Part shown: piece after piece, positions 32,423 to 42,457 of the stretch
Layout of the letters: every line of letters starts with the position of its first letter
How positions within the stretch are numbered: position 1 is the first letter of the stretch
From: an uncultured Candidatus Saccharibacteria bacterium
GTDB taxonomy: Bacteria; Patescibacteriota; Minisyncoccia; Phycocordibacterales; UBA5272
DNA length: 63,819 nucleotides
NCBI GenBank assembly: GCA_964517625.1
Contig: CAZFBW010000004.1
Coordinates: 1-63,819, forward strand
Reading direction: 5' to 3'
Made by a program: the position numbers and the translations under genes
The notes under the pieces: model-generated
Database searches by the model: none
Told to the model about the DNA's origin: nothing
The model's input: only the letters and a program-made list of their open reading frames with translations

Positions 32423-33394
32423 TTAACGAGAATCAAACACAATTTCAAGCGAGGCTGAGGCCTGTTGAAGACGACGTTTTATGTTTTCAATTGACACAGC
32501 AAGCCTTTTTATTCCATAACTATTTTCTTTTGGTCGCAAAACAACATGGGTTGGGGAGTTAGTTTTTATTGGAAGACCATCAAGAGTCCAAAAATACTCG
32601 TCCCCTGATGACGAACCAGAAAGTTTTGAAACATAAAAAGGCTCAACAGAAAGAGAAACTTCTTTTGTTGTTTCAAGTCGTTTGTTTATAGCGTTTGCGT
32701 GGTCAACTCCCAAAATATCGTCGTAGCGGTAAAAAATAGGAATAATTGGACTTGGGATGATGGTGATTCTTGAGCGGGCAGTGTTGCCACCAGCTGTTCT
32801 TGCAATTACTTCTACCACATTTTCTTCGGAGAGATAATCAAGTCTGGTTGTTAAGGTTTGTCTTCCTGTGCCAGACAAAGAAGAAAGATTCGAATCATTT
32901 ATTTTCCAGGAATATGCAACAAGAGCAGGGTTAACCAATCGACCACCCTCCACAAAAGAAGGAAGAGCAACGATACGCACAAGAGAACCCTCCCCTGGAA
33001 GAGCTTTACCTTCATAAAAAGGAGGAACATAGCTTTCAACTGCTTCCCACACCAAGTCAACTGTTTGAGGAGAAAGATTGTAAAACACAACAAGAGAGTC
33101 GTTGTTTGGTAAAACAATAGAGGCTTCTATTTGTGTAACCTCGCCCGTGCCTTTAGCATTTATTTTAATTGATTTTAAACCAAACCCAGAGGCAAACACC
33201 TTGTTATCAACCTTCCAGGTAATCATTGCAAGATCAACGTCGAAACTATAACTTCTCAGCGTTGCTGTGACTGATTCATATGCTTTTGGGTATTCTGGGG
33301 AAATTCGAATTTCTCCTCGAAGTTCAGCGGAGGCTTGCGAAAACATTGCAAGAGAAAGTAAAAAAGGTGCAACAATGAAGATTATTTTTTTCAT
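32423..33394 (-). CDS. Secreted protein of unknown function (T4SS-like operon)
   Basis: Signal peptide MKKIIFIVAPFLLSLAMFSQASA. 4-nt overlap with the VirB4 gene end. Confidence 0.6.
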   Translation of the reverse strand: MKKIIFIVAPFLLSLAMFSQASAELRGEIRISPEYPKAYESVTATLRSYSFDVDLAMITWKVDNKVFASGFGLKSIKINAKGTGEVTQIEASIVLPNNDSLVVFYNLSPQTVDLVWEAVESYVPPFYEGKALPGEGSLVRIVALPSFVEGGRLVNPALVAYSWKINDSNLSSLSGTGRQTLTTRLDYLSEENVVEVIARTAGGNTARSRITIIPSPIIPIFYRYDDILGVDHANAINKRLETTKEVSLSVEPFYVSKLSGSSSGDEYFWTLDGLPIKTNSPTHVVLRPKENSYGIKRLAVSIENIKRRLQQASASLEIVFDSR

Positions 33395-35226
33395 ACAGAT
33401 GTCCCATCTTTTTTGGTTTCTTGGAGCTCTTTTTTCATTTCTTTAATTTGAAGAAGTTGGGCTGGGTCGCTGGTTATGATTTGGTCTTCGGTGTATGAAG
33501 CAACAACTTTAATGGCCACATGTTTTAGTCCAGCAAAAAAGATTCCTTCACCAACACCAGACTCCAACAGTAAGAATTTTTCTTGGTCGGTTAGGTTGAA
33601 TGTTTTTTGGACAATATCAATAGAAGAAGGAGACTGTTTTAAGAGAAGTTGAATTGAGGAGTTGGTAATGATTGGAAGACCATACGGTGAGCGCAAAAAG
33701 TCGCCCACATCTTGAGTGATAGTTGCAAGACCAAGGAAATACTTACGCCCACGCTTTGCAAGACCAAACAAGAAGGATGCGGTGTCATCATTTTTCATCA
33801 TAATCCATGCCTCATCCACTACAAGCAAGCGCTTTTTGATATTTTTGCGTACCGCATTCCAAATATAGTGGGTGATAATGTACATAGCAACTGGTTTTAA
33901 CTCCTCTTCCATGTCACGAATTGAGAAACAAACTAGTTTTTTGTTGATGTCCACATTTGATGGTTGGTTGATAAAACCAGACCATGTTCCTTTGGTGTAT
34001 TTTGCTAAACGAGCAAGCAAACTATCTGCCCCATCAATGCCGGCGAGTACGGTTTCAAAATCAGATAAAAGAGGTGGTTCAAGTTCGGTGAAGTCGTTGT
34101 CCCCAACAATATCTTTAAGGGCATACGCTTCTGTAATTGCTTGGTCAACAATGGCGTCTTCTTCAGGGGAAAGTCCACCTAACATTACACGGAAAAGACC
34201 AACCAAATTTACAATGTTTGAACGAAGCACCTCCGAAGGAGACTCGTCTTCCCCAGGAACAGGCAAATCAAACGGGTTGATGTGGTGGTCACTCGTGAGT
34301 GAAATGTTGAAGTATCTTCCCCCCACTGATTCTGCAAGGTACTCATATTCACGCTCTGGGTCGATAATAATTACTTCGGTATCAAACATAAGTGTGCGGA
34401 GAATCTCTAGTTTGGTGGTGTAACTTTTACCAGAACCCGATTTTGCAAACGTGATGGAGTTGTAGTTTTCAAGCGAGAAGCGATCAAACAAAATAAGACT
34501 CCCGTTGTGCCTATTTAGGCCATACAAGATGCCTTTATCAGAAGAGAGGTCAAATGATACAAATGGGAAAAACGAAGAGAGTGGTGAGGTGTTTAACTTG
34601 TTTTGGATGAGAAGTTTGTCGTCTTGGAGAGGAAGTACTGATAGAAAAGCTTGGTCTTGCTGAAATAGTGCTGGTTTTAAGAAAACAAGTTTACTTTCAA
34701 AAATTCCCTTAATTTCATTTTCTACTTTATCAAGCTCTTTCTCATCATTTCCATAAATAGTGATGTATAAGGAAACCTCAAACATTTTTTCCTGTGATTG
34801 GGTGAGTCCGTCACGCAAGTCTTCCAAATCTTTGTAGGCAACTTCAAGAGAAGGGTCGCGAACCTTCCCTTTTTCGTCGTTTTGCATGATTTGACTTTCC
34901 ACTTCGGCAACTTTTCTTTGAAAATCTTTCATCACTTTTGCTGTATCAAGAGGAACAACGTGGATTGAGATATCAAAAATCTTATCAAGGTTAATAAGTG
35001 GACTTAACCAGTTATCGTTTAGGTAGCGAGGGTACGAGATGACGAAATAAGAACGAATGATGGTTGTTCCTAGGTTGAGTGCTTTTGGTTGTATGGAAAG
35101 AGCGCTCGGAGCAATGATGTCTTTTAATTGCATTTCTGCAACTTTGTATACCTGCTCAGGCAAAATAGGAGCAACCGGAGAGTCGGTTGTTTGTTTTTTT
35201 GGTGAAAGAAAGTCGAATAGTCCCAT
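33391..35226 (-). CDS. virB4: VirB4/TrbE-family conjugation-type ATPase, main part (in frame with 35233-35868 across a single TAA)
   Basis: Walker A AKSGSGKSYTTK, Walker B LLVVDEAW, and the central VirB4 signature YFVISYPRYL...W...L......DISIHV.P. Confidence 0.85.
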   Translation of the reverse strand: MGLFDFLSPKKQTTDSPVAPILPEQVYKVAEMQLKDIIAPSALSIQPKALNLGTTIIRSYFVISYPRYLNDNWLSPLINLDKIFDISIHVVPLDTAKVMKDFQRKVAEVESQIMQNDEKGKVRDPSLEVAYKDLEDLRDGLTQSQEKMFEVSLYITIYGNDEKELDKVENEIKGIFESKLVFLKPALFQQDQAFLSVLPLQDDKLLIQNKLNTSPLSSFFPFVSFDLSSDKGILYGLNRHNGSLILFDRFSLENYNSITFAKSGSGKSYTTKLEILRTLMFDTEVIIIDPEREYEYLAESVGGRYFNISLTSDHHINPFDLPVPGEDESPSEVLRSNIVNLVGLFRVMLGGLSPEEDAIVDQAITEAYALKDIVGDNDFTELEPPLLSDFETVLAGIDGADSLLARLAKYTKGTWSGFINQPSNVDINKKLVCFSIRDMEEELKPVAMYIITHYIWNAVRKNIKKRLLVVDEAWIMMKNDDTASFLFGLAKRGRKYFLGLATITQDVGDFLRSPYGLPIITNSSIQLLLKQSPSSIDIVQKTFNLTDQEKFLLLESGVGEGIFFAGLKHVAIKVVASYTEDQIITSDPAQLLQIKEMKKELQETKKDGTSV

Positions 35227-35232
35227 ATGTTT

Positions 35233-35868
35233 TTATGATTCGGTCATCCCGGCAGGTATCGACCTGTCTTGTTCGCCAGGGTTAAACATTTTGTAAAACA
35301 ACTCAACAACTTCCTCGGTGCCAAGTTTTTGGGCGCGCAGTCCAACACGAGCAAGTCCCGACATAACAGAGGCAACACGTTGTTCAAGTTGAATGCGTGA
35401 GGCGGTAAACAATTCCTCATTTTCTTTTGCTGAGGTCTCTCCAAAAGGAAGAAGCGATGAACTTGGAGAAGTTTTAAGGGATGTGTTTAAGTACGGAATG
35501 ACGATAAAAAAATGTTTGGTCATAATATTGGTTTCGTCAGTGAACTTTTTAATGAATCCCATGTATTCACGAATTTGTATTCGTAGTAAGTCCTCTTTAA
35601 TGTGTGTTTGTCTTTCTTCAAGCATGTCTAGGTATGGTTTGATGTTGAGACGGCGCGACTGGATAAAGAATTGGACCGGAAACTCAAGTCCATTTAGAAG
35701 TGATTGAAATTGCATAAGCACCGCTTGTTGCTCCTCCTCACTTTTTAGTCCAAGGTTAAGCGAGTTGGTGATAAGAACAGCACGCAATTCTCCCCCTTTC
35801 ATCGTAATGATGCCGTCGCGAATGTGCTCAATAGGCACAAACTGTTGTGTGGCGTTTGAATTTGCCAT
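35233..35868 (-). CDS. virB4: VirB4 N-terminal segment (separate ORF only because of one in-frame TAA)
   Basis: Q.FVPIEHIRDGII..KGGELRAVL....LN..LKSEEEQ..V...F...LN.L..P.Q is typical of the extreme N-terminus of Gram-positive-type VirB4. 211 + 611 aa matches the usual size of about 800 aa. Confidence 0.7.
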   Translation of the reverse strand: MANSNATQQFVPIEHIRDGIITMKGGELRAVLITNSLNLGLKSEEEQQAVLMQFQSLLNGLEFPVQFFIQSRRLNIKPYLDMLEERQTHIKEDLLRIQIREYMGFIKKFTDETNIMTKHFFIVIPYLNTSLKTSPSSSLLPFGETSAKENEELFTASRIQLEQRVASVMSGLARVGLRAQKLGTEEVVELFYKMFNPGEQDRSIPAGMTES

Positions 35869-35910
35869 AGATACTACGTAGTATACCCCAGAATACTTGA
35901 AGAGAGGTGT

Positions 35911-36333
35911 TTATTCCTGTGGGTTACGGTCGAGCACGTCGAGTCCGAGGGAGACATCGTGAAGCTTGTCTGATTTTGCTTTTTGGATGAGGTCCTCTTT
36001 TTGTGTTTGGCTGATTACTTTTTCAATTCGCGTAGCTGCTTTTTTCTCTGGAACAATTTGTTTCCAGGTGTATATTTTTCCACCAGTGTAATAGCGAAGT
36101 GCGCTTTCAATCGTTTCAATAAGTGGGCGATTATTTACTTTAACAAACGCTAAAGCGAGAAAGAATCCAGAAACAGGGAGAATAAGAAGAAAAGCAAGAA
36201 ACTTGAATGGGATAAAATACCAAAGAAGAAACCCCAAACCACCCGCACCTAAAATGTAACCGAACTGTTTCAAAGTAAAAGGTCCAATAACTTTGTCTTC
36301 AATATCAATGAATTGTGGGACGCGGAATTGCAT
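35911..36333 (-). CDS. PrgI family (VirB3-like) T4SS membrane protein
   Basis: MQFRVPQFIDIEDKVIGPFTLKQFGYIL followed by two TM helices. Sits immediately upstream of VirB4, as in Gram-positive T4SS loci. Confidence 0.7.
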   Translation of the reverse strand: MQFRVPQFIDIEDKVIGPFTLKQFGYILGAGGLGFLLWYFIPFKFLAFLLILPVSGFFLALAFVKVNNRPLIETIESALRYYTGGKIYTWKQIVPEKKAATRIEKVISQTQKEDLIQKAKSDKLHDVSLGLDVLDRNPQE

Positions 36334-36387
36334 ATAAGAGTAAGTATAGCAAAAGATAGTATTTAGCGAGTGGAAGTAAAAACAACA

Positions 36388-37125
36388 CTACTGTACGGGC
36401 ACTTCTCGGTACGGGTCGATATTGTATGAAGTTGGCGCCACACTGTAGGTAGCAACGTGTGCACGGGGTGCAACAACTTTTTGCCCTCCCCCACTTAGAG
36501 CGTTCTCAAGTTCTTTTGGAATTGGTTTCTGTGGCTCTTCTTCCTCAACTGTTTTAATTTGTCCACGAATATTTTCGAGGCGCGCCTTGATTTCTTCGTC
36601 GTCTGGAATTGAACCCAGGAGGTTTAGCTGTTCAACAAGTTCAGAGTGAGACCCTTTGACCAGAATTTTTTTAGGACGCTTTTCGGTTGGAGAAACCGGG
36701 GATTTTTCAATGGCGCTTTCGCGTTTGGTTGTGTCGAGAATAACTTTACGTAACTCTTCTTTGTTGTCTTCCTCGTTTTCTCCAACTTTTAATACTTTTA
36801 CTTCTCCAACTTCCTCCCCCATAAGAGCAACGCGCGCTTTTTGGAGAATGGTTTTATCCATATCTTGCGCTAATTTGAAAGCCGTTGCTTCGTCAATTTC
36901 AAGAGCTTCTTCTAGTGCTTTTACTGCAACACTCGGGTCAATTGCCCCAAGTAAAAGCAAAGTAATAGCGTTTTTAAGAGGAAGGTATTTTGAAATAGGA
37001 AGAGCATACAACTTACCCAAAACAGCGGACGCTTTGTTTACTTCATCACCAAGAAGCAACTCCTGCACTTCAGGTGGAGCTTTTTGAAACAGGTCTTGAA
37101 TTTTTGATTGAAGGTTGTTGTCCAT
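36388..37125 (-). CDS. Hypothetical acidic cytoplasmic protein (T4SS-like operon)
   Basis: 245-aa ORF with no TM segment and no recognisable motif. Confidence 0.5.
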   Translation of the reverse strand: MDNNLQSKIQDLFQKAPPEVQELLLGDEVNKASAVLGKLYALPISKYLPLKNAITLLLLGAIDPSVAVKALEEALEIDEATAFKLAQDMDKTILQKARVALMGEEVGEVKVLKVGENEEDNKEELRKVILDTTKRESAIEKSPVSPTEKRPKKILVKGSHSELVEQLNLLGSIPDDEEIKARLENIRGQIKTVEEEEPQKPIPKELENALSGGGQKVVAPRAHVATYSVAPTSYNIDPYREVPVQ

Positions 37126-37143
37126 GTTCTTTCTGTACCACTA

Positions 37144-39513
37144 TTATGTCACAAGTGTTGCTTCTTTTTCATTCGCCGGAGCTGTTTGGGTTGCTTGTGT
37201 TGGGGCTTGTGTTTGAGGCGGTGTGGAGACATTAATGTTTGCTGCGCTAGGGTTTTTTGACATAAAGTTTTTTAGTAAATCGTTAATGTCTTGCCCCATA
37301 GTAAGTTGTTGTTTCGCTTCCTCAACACGCGCAGCGGTTTGTTCTGCTGTCTCGATGGTGAGCTCCGGTTTTTCAATATTAACTTTCTCATATTTGATAC
37401 CATCCCCCGGATTAACGCGTTCATTATACATAGATAAAAGTTCCTCCCTAAGATTTTCAACGTTCTCTCTATGTTGTTTTTTCTTCTCACCGATTGCAAC
37501 ACGTGCCTTGTCGTATGCTTTCTTTTCTTCTTCGGTTGCTCTTGGCATTGCGGCGAGGTTTTCTTCCAATTTCTCCATTTCTTTCTTGTGAGATTCTTCT
37601 AACTCTGTGAAAGGATCATTTTTTATAACATCTTTAGCAAGATCTGAGTCGTTAAGGTTTACAAGGTGGTCTACCCTACTCTCAAGTTCTTCTTTGGTTG
37701 TACCACGAGACAAATAACCATCAATGCTTATCATTTGCTTTCTAAGTTCATCGTCACCTTTTACCGCATCACGTAAAGCGGTTCTTGATTTAAGATCAGA
37801 CGCTGTGTAGGCTTTAATTTTTTGAGATTTTTTCGCAGCGTTTTCTCTGTCGATACCCACTTGTTTTTCTTGAGCAAGCTCACTATCAGTCATTGCGTCT
37901 CTACCAGAAAGCCCTGCAGCCTTGAAGGCTGTTTTTTGAAGAAGCTGACTCGGCGTGTTGTCTCTACCTCGTAAATATCGCCAACGAGCATTTTCATCAG
38001 TCATCGTACTTGCTTGAGCTAAGGTTTCTTTTTGGTAGGCGTCTTTTGCTTGGTTTGCTGTTTGTAATCTTCCTGTAACACCAAGACCTTTTGAAAGTCC
38101 TCCCATGTTGCCAGCAATCTTCATGGTGTTCGTGTTGCGTGCATCATAACTACTATTTGCAAGCATGTTTGCAAGTCCAAGTTTTGCTCTACCAGAAAAA
38201 GTATCTTTTTGGTTTTGAAGCCCTTCGCTTGTTGACCAGCGAGCGGCTGCTGCACCAATAGTGCCACGCGCAAGTAAGCCTGCCCCACCGGTTGCTACAC
38301 CAATTGCTGCTCCTGTTGCAAAGCCACCAACTTTTCCAACAGCGTTTGCTGCCATTTGTCCAACTGAACCAGAAACTGATTTGGTGACTTTAAGCATGAT
38401 ATGAAGCACGATAAGCATCATGAGGACATTAAAAATCTGCGCAATACTTTCCCCAGAACCTATATTTTTAAAGGCCCCAGTCATTGCCATAGACAAATAA
38501 AGCATAAGCATAAATACAATAGACACAGCAAGTTGTTCAAAAAGAATTTGACGAAGTTTCTGGGCGGCGTCTCCTAGTTTTGGAATTACTGCGTCAACAA
38601 ACAAAAGAGGGGAAGCAACAATAACAAATGAAAGAGCAAGAGTGCGCATCATTAAAATTCCTGCAGCAATAAAAAAGATATATGTTGCATAGAGAATGTA
38701 AGCAATAATTAACAAAACCGGGAAAATACCACTCATTCTTTTTAATACGTCACCACTTGATTGGCTCGATGGATCATTTTTGTCTGCTGCCATAAGTAAA
38801 CTTTGAAGTCCAAGTCGAGACATTAGTTGCGCTCCAGCGGTTTGGTTGCTAGTTGCTCTTCTGGAATCATAGGTTATGTTTCCTGATGACTCACTAAAGA
38901 CATAACCTGGTCCCATTACATTTTTATAAATACCGACGGAAACAATATTTGACAAGTCAATTGCAGCGCGGGTAAGTGGGTAGGAGAAGTTTACAAAAAG
39001 TCCGAATATAATTACCCACGGTAAGTAGCGCTTAAAAACATCACTTTTATTAATGATGTACATAAAAGCAAGCCACAACCCCGAGAACACAACAAACATG
39101 GAAATGATTTGTCGAACGACCTGCCAAAGCGGGTAAAGAGCATCTGGCGCCCATGTTTTAAAATTAAGAATACCAACATTAATAACGTAATCAAGAAGGT
39201 TTGCTGAAATCCAAAGAGCAAAACCGGCAAACTGAAGGAGGGTAACCCTGATAATCCACTCAATACCAGCACCAATACAAACAGTAAACCACGACGTTGG
39301 GGAAGTGGCAGAGCACTCCTTTGGGAATACATAGTCTGACGGCAAATCACCCCTACCTACATTCGGGGTTGTGCTGGGAGGGGGGTTGGTTGTGTTATCA
39401 CAATTACCTAATTGTTGACAATCAAGAGCGTGTGCTGTTGGTGTGGTATCAAAAAAAGAAAAGGAAAGACCAAACACCACAAATGCCAAGATTAGGATAG
39501 ACCTCCATTTCAT
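37144..39513 (-). CDS. VirB6/TrbL-like polytopic T4SS channel protein with a long hydrophilic C-terminal extension
   Basis: Signal peptide plus at least 7 hydrophobic helices over about 430 aa, a Gly/Ala-rich segment, then a coiled-coil-like Lys/Glu-rich C-terminus of about 330 aa. Confidence 0.6.
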   Translation of the reverse strand: MKWRSILILAFVVFGLSFSFFDTTPTAHALDCQQLGNCDNTTNPPPSTTPNVGRGDLPSDYVFPKECSATSPTSWFTVCIGAGIEWIIRVTLLQFAGFALWISANLLDYVINVGILNFKTWAPDALYPLWQVVRQIISMFVVFSGLWLAFMYIINKSDVFKRYLPWVIIFGLFVNFSYPLTRAAIDLSNIVSVGIYKNVMGPGYVFSESSGNITYDSRRATSNQTAGAQLMSRLGLQSLLMAADKNDPSSQSSGDVLKRMSGIFPVLLIIAYILYATYIFFIAAGILMMRTLALSFVIVASPLLFVDAVIPKLGDAAQKLRQILFEQLAVSIVFMLMLYLSMAMTGAFKNIGSGESIAQIFNVLMMLIVLHIMLKVTKSVSGSVGQMAANAVGKVGGFATGAAIGVATGGAGLLARGTIGAAAARWSTSEGLQNQKDTFSGRAKLGLANMLANSSYDARNTNTMKIAGNMGGLSKGLGVTGRLQTANQAKDAYQKETLAQASTMTDENARWRYLRGRDNTPSQLLQKTAFKAAGLSGRDAMTDSELAQEKQVGIDRENAAKKSQKIKAYTASDLKSRTALRDAVKGDDELRKQMISIDGYLSRGTTKEELESRVDHLVNLNDSDLAKDVIKNDPFTELEESHKKEMEKLEENLAAMPRATEEEKKAYDKARVAIGEKKKQHRENVENLREELLSMYNERVNPGDGIKYEKVNIEKPELTIETAEQTAARVEEAKQQLTMGQDINDLLKNFMSKNPSAANINVSTPPQTQAPTQATQTAPANEKEATLVT

Positions 39514-39601
39514 ACTGTATATAATACCATACTAAAAACCTAAAGTTTTGTTGGTAATAAACAAAAATACAACCACCGTAGGCAGTTGTATTTTTGTGTC
39601 T

Positions 39602-41482
39602 TTAGTTTCCAGAGTCTACACTACCCCCCCGACTGTTTACTTCTTGTAAATACTGTTCACATTCGTCAAAAATCGTTTTGATTGGTTCGCTTCCAGTGAT
39701 TTCATCGGACTTCCCTTCGATTTCTTTTTGGATGATTGGCACTTTTTGTGACATAAGCAAATCAAGATTGTCTCCCACTTCAAGCGGAAGAATGATTCCA
39801 CGTGAAATTGCATCACGATAGTCTTGGAACAAGGAAAGTATTTTAGAAATATTTTTTGATGCAGTAAGTGCAGACAGGGTGTTGGTAAGGAACGTGTTTG
39901 TTACTGTTATCTTTGAACGAACAGGCGTGGTTTGTGAAGTGATTGGATCTAAAACTTCTCGTTTCTTTGCGTTGGCGCGATTAGTAAAATTAGTAATTCT
40001 AACGTCATCGGTTGCTGGCATGTATCCTAAACTTCCCCGGATGTTTTGTGTGCATGTGGTAATACCGGTGACGAAGTTTTGGTATTGGTTTACATACGAA
40101 TCAATCTGACTTAATTGGCCCTGAACTTTTGTCATAACCACTTGGTGGTCTCTAATTGCATCTTTTGCTGGACCAGCCACTGCGTCGCGCTCTTCTGGTG
40201 TTGAGTTGTCGACTGATTCCGTGGATGTTGCAACACCGCTTCTGTTCACGAAAGCGTTTTGTCCAACAGCAGAGTATGTGTCTGTGGTGCCAATGTAATT
40301 AATGCTTGCGGTGTTAGCGCTCCCCCCTTCACCTAAATTACCAAGGTATGAAACAGTTCCCGTAAGAGCATCAAATGAACCACGAAGATCTGCGACCTGC
40401 TGACCAACTTGCCTTACATCTCTAACAAACCCAGCTACCTCTTGAATGCCCTTAAAAACATCCACAATACCTTTAATAGCATCATCTGCCAAAGGTTTCT
40501 CTCCCCCTCCAACGAAGAGAGGTTTAAGGAGTTGATTGACATCAATTTGTTCTGCGAGTTTGGAAACACTTTCACCAGGCTTTAAGGTTTCGTACGCAAC
40601 ACACTCTGGTTCTGCCCCGTCAATTGGATTTCCTACATCGTCCAAGGCTGGACGCTCCTCAATACACTTTTTATCTGAAAGAAACCCTGTAGCACTTTCT
40701 TTTGCGGCAAATTTCGCAGCTTCTGCAGTTCTTCGTTGTACCTCAAGAGCAGTTTTTACTCCACGAGTATAGTCATTGTTTCCTTCAGTCGTCCTTGAAA
40801 GCCAACTGTCCCAACTGAAGAAGTTGTTACTTGATTCAATCGCTAAAAGTTTTTTCTGAACAGCTGGATTGCTCGGGTCTCCCATACAGAGTTCGCTATA
40901 CATTGAATTGAAATCATTTCCTTGACCAGCCTCACCAAGTTCTAGTGCACCTTGTTCTCCTTCAATAATTCTTTGTAGTTCCGTACCATTATCTGCACAA
41001 AGGGTATTTTGAACACGAACAGGGGTCGGGTCTTTTGGTTCAGGCGAACCCTTACTCAACTCCCCTCGTCGTTTTTTAATGAGGTCGATAATAATTCCTT
41101 CAGTTGATGCGGTTCTGTTTGCTTCAAGAAGAGATATTTGGTTGCGAAGCATGTTGGTTTCAGTGTTCTTGATGTAGGCCTCTGGATTTAAAACAAGAAG
41201 AGGATCACCTTGAAAACCACTCATTAACCATCGCTGAGTCTCGCTTTCTATTTGTTTGCCAGCATTTGAGCCAAAAAGTGCCGTCATCGGGTCAGTTACC
41301 GTTTGTTTTACCTTCATTGCAATGGTTGCGACTTTTGTTGCCGTCTGTATTCCTTGTTGGACAGTTTGTATTGCTTTTGCAATCAAACCAGTTACTTCTG
41401 AGTATCCGCCAGTACCAGCAACAGAAGCATATCCCTGTAAAGGAACAAGGAGAAACATTGAAATAATGATAATTTTTTTCAT
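39602..41482 (-). CDS. Large secreted protein of unknown function (T4SS-like operon)
   Basis: Signal peptide MKKIIIISMFLLVPLQGYASVA. 626 aa. Confidence 0.6.
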   Translation of the reverse strand: MKKIIIISMFLLVPLQGYASVAGTGGYSEVTGLIAKAIQTVQQGIQTATKVATIAMKVKQTVTDPMTALFGSNAGKQIESETQRWLMSGFQGDPLLVLNPEAYIKNTETNMLRNQISLLEANRTASTEGIIIDLIKKRRGELSKGSPEPKDPTPVRVQNTLCADNGTELQRIIEGEQGALELGEAGQGNDFNSMYSELCMGDPSNPAVQKKLLAIESSNNFFSWDSWLSRTTEGNNDYTRGVKTALEVQRRTAEAAKFAAKESATGFLSDKKCIEERPALDDVGNPIDGAEPECVAYETLKPGESVSKLAEQIDVNQLLKPLFVGGGEKPLADDAIKGIVDVFKGIQEVAGFVRDVRQVGQQVADLRGSFDALTGTVSYLGNLGEGGSANTASINYIGTTDTYSAVGQNAFVNRSGVATSTESVDNSTPEERDAVAGPAKDAIRDHQVVMTKVQGQLSQIDSYVNQYQNFVTGITTCTQNIRGSLGYMPATDDVRITNFTNRANAKKREVLDPITSQTTPVRSKITVTNTFLTNTLSALTASKNISKILSLFQDYRDAISRGIILPLEVGDNLDLLMSQKVPIIQKEIEGKSDEITGSEPIKTIFDECEQYLQEVNSRGGSVDSGN

Positions 41483-41490
41483 AATATTTA

Positions 41491-42420
41491 TTATGGCGCA
41501 ATAAGGCCTTTAGTAAAAAGATAGCCGTTTTCAGTTGGTTGAAATACAATATTTTCTCGGTCAAAATATTCCGAGAAAGCATTAATCATAGAAAAAGCCG
41601 TTTGATACACCGTTACATAATCGTGCGCACCAATACTTGCGCGCAGTGCGTCGGTGTCAATTGCGCGCATATTAATAACTGTTTGCAAGTATGCCTCTAT
41701 AGCATTTAAAGTGCTTAAGTGATACACCGTTGCGCTCGTCGGAACAGAGATGGCAAGAAAGTTGTCACGCAACTCTTTTAGAATTGCAATTTTTTTATCA
41801 ACTAAAGCAAGCGTCTCCTTTTTCTTTGTCAGTGCATATTCTTCAAAGAGGTCAATGTCAGGATATTTAGACCCTTCCACAATTGCAAGCGTTGCGACAC
41901 CGCCTAAAGTGTTGCCATATTTTTGGATATTTGTTTTTGTCGCAGGAATTGTTTTTATGTCAGAAAGGGTGTAGGTTTTTGCCGCCGCCTTGAGAGATTC
42001 TTGTTCAAAGATTGCTTTTGCGATATTGGCTCGCTCCTCTGCGGTTAATGTTCCTTGTTGCTCCAAAATTGCTGTTGCGGTGTAAACATTTTTTGCGTAC
42101 TGTGTAGTGATATTGTTTGGGTCATTCAAATTCGTTAGATCAACTTGCTCTGGTTGCAGTGTATTGATGTCTGGAGCATCTTTTTGGGCTTGTGCGGTGA
42201 CTGCAACTTTCCAGTTCGGTACGCTCTCCCCCTCTTTGACATCATTTAACCCAGTCCTCTTTTCGTTGGTACTTGAAAGAACAGAGAGAAGTTCCCCAGA
42301 AGCTGTTTGTTTCTTGGTGGTTGGTGAATAGAAGCTTAAATATAATGTGGAAAAAATAAAAGCAATTCCAAGCGCTGTGATAACAATAGTTCTTTTGTTT
42401 TCTAGCATAATAAGGGGCAC
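41491..42420 (-). CDS. Membrane-anchored protein of unknown function
   Basis: N-terminal TM helix IVITALGIAFIFSTLYLSFY. 309 aa. Confidence 0.55.
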   Translation of the reverse strand: MPLIMLENKRTIVITALGIAFIFSTLYLSFYSPTTKKQTASGELLSVLSSTNEKRTGLNDVKEGESVPNWKVAVTAQAQKDAPDINTLQPEQVDLTNLNDPNNITTQYAKNVYTATAILEQQGTLTAEERANIAKAIFEQESLKAAAKTYTLSDIKTIPATKTNIQKYGNTLGGVATLAIVEGSKYPDIDLFEEYALTKKKETLALVDKKIAILKELRDNFLAISVPTSATVYHLSTLNAIEAYLQTVINMRAIDTDALRASIGAHDYVTVYQTAFSMINAFSEYFDRENIVFQPTENGYLFTKGLIAP

Positions 42421-42457
42421 ATTATGTAAGTAATGCGTCTCGTGCCTTCAGTATATG

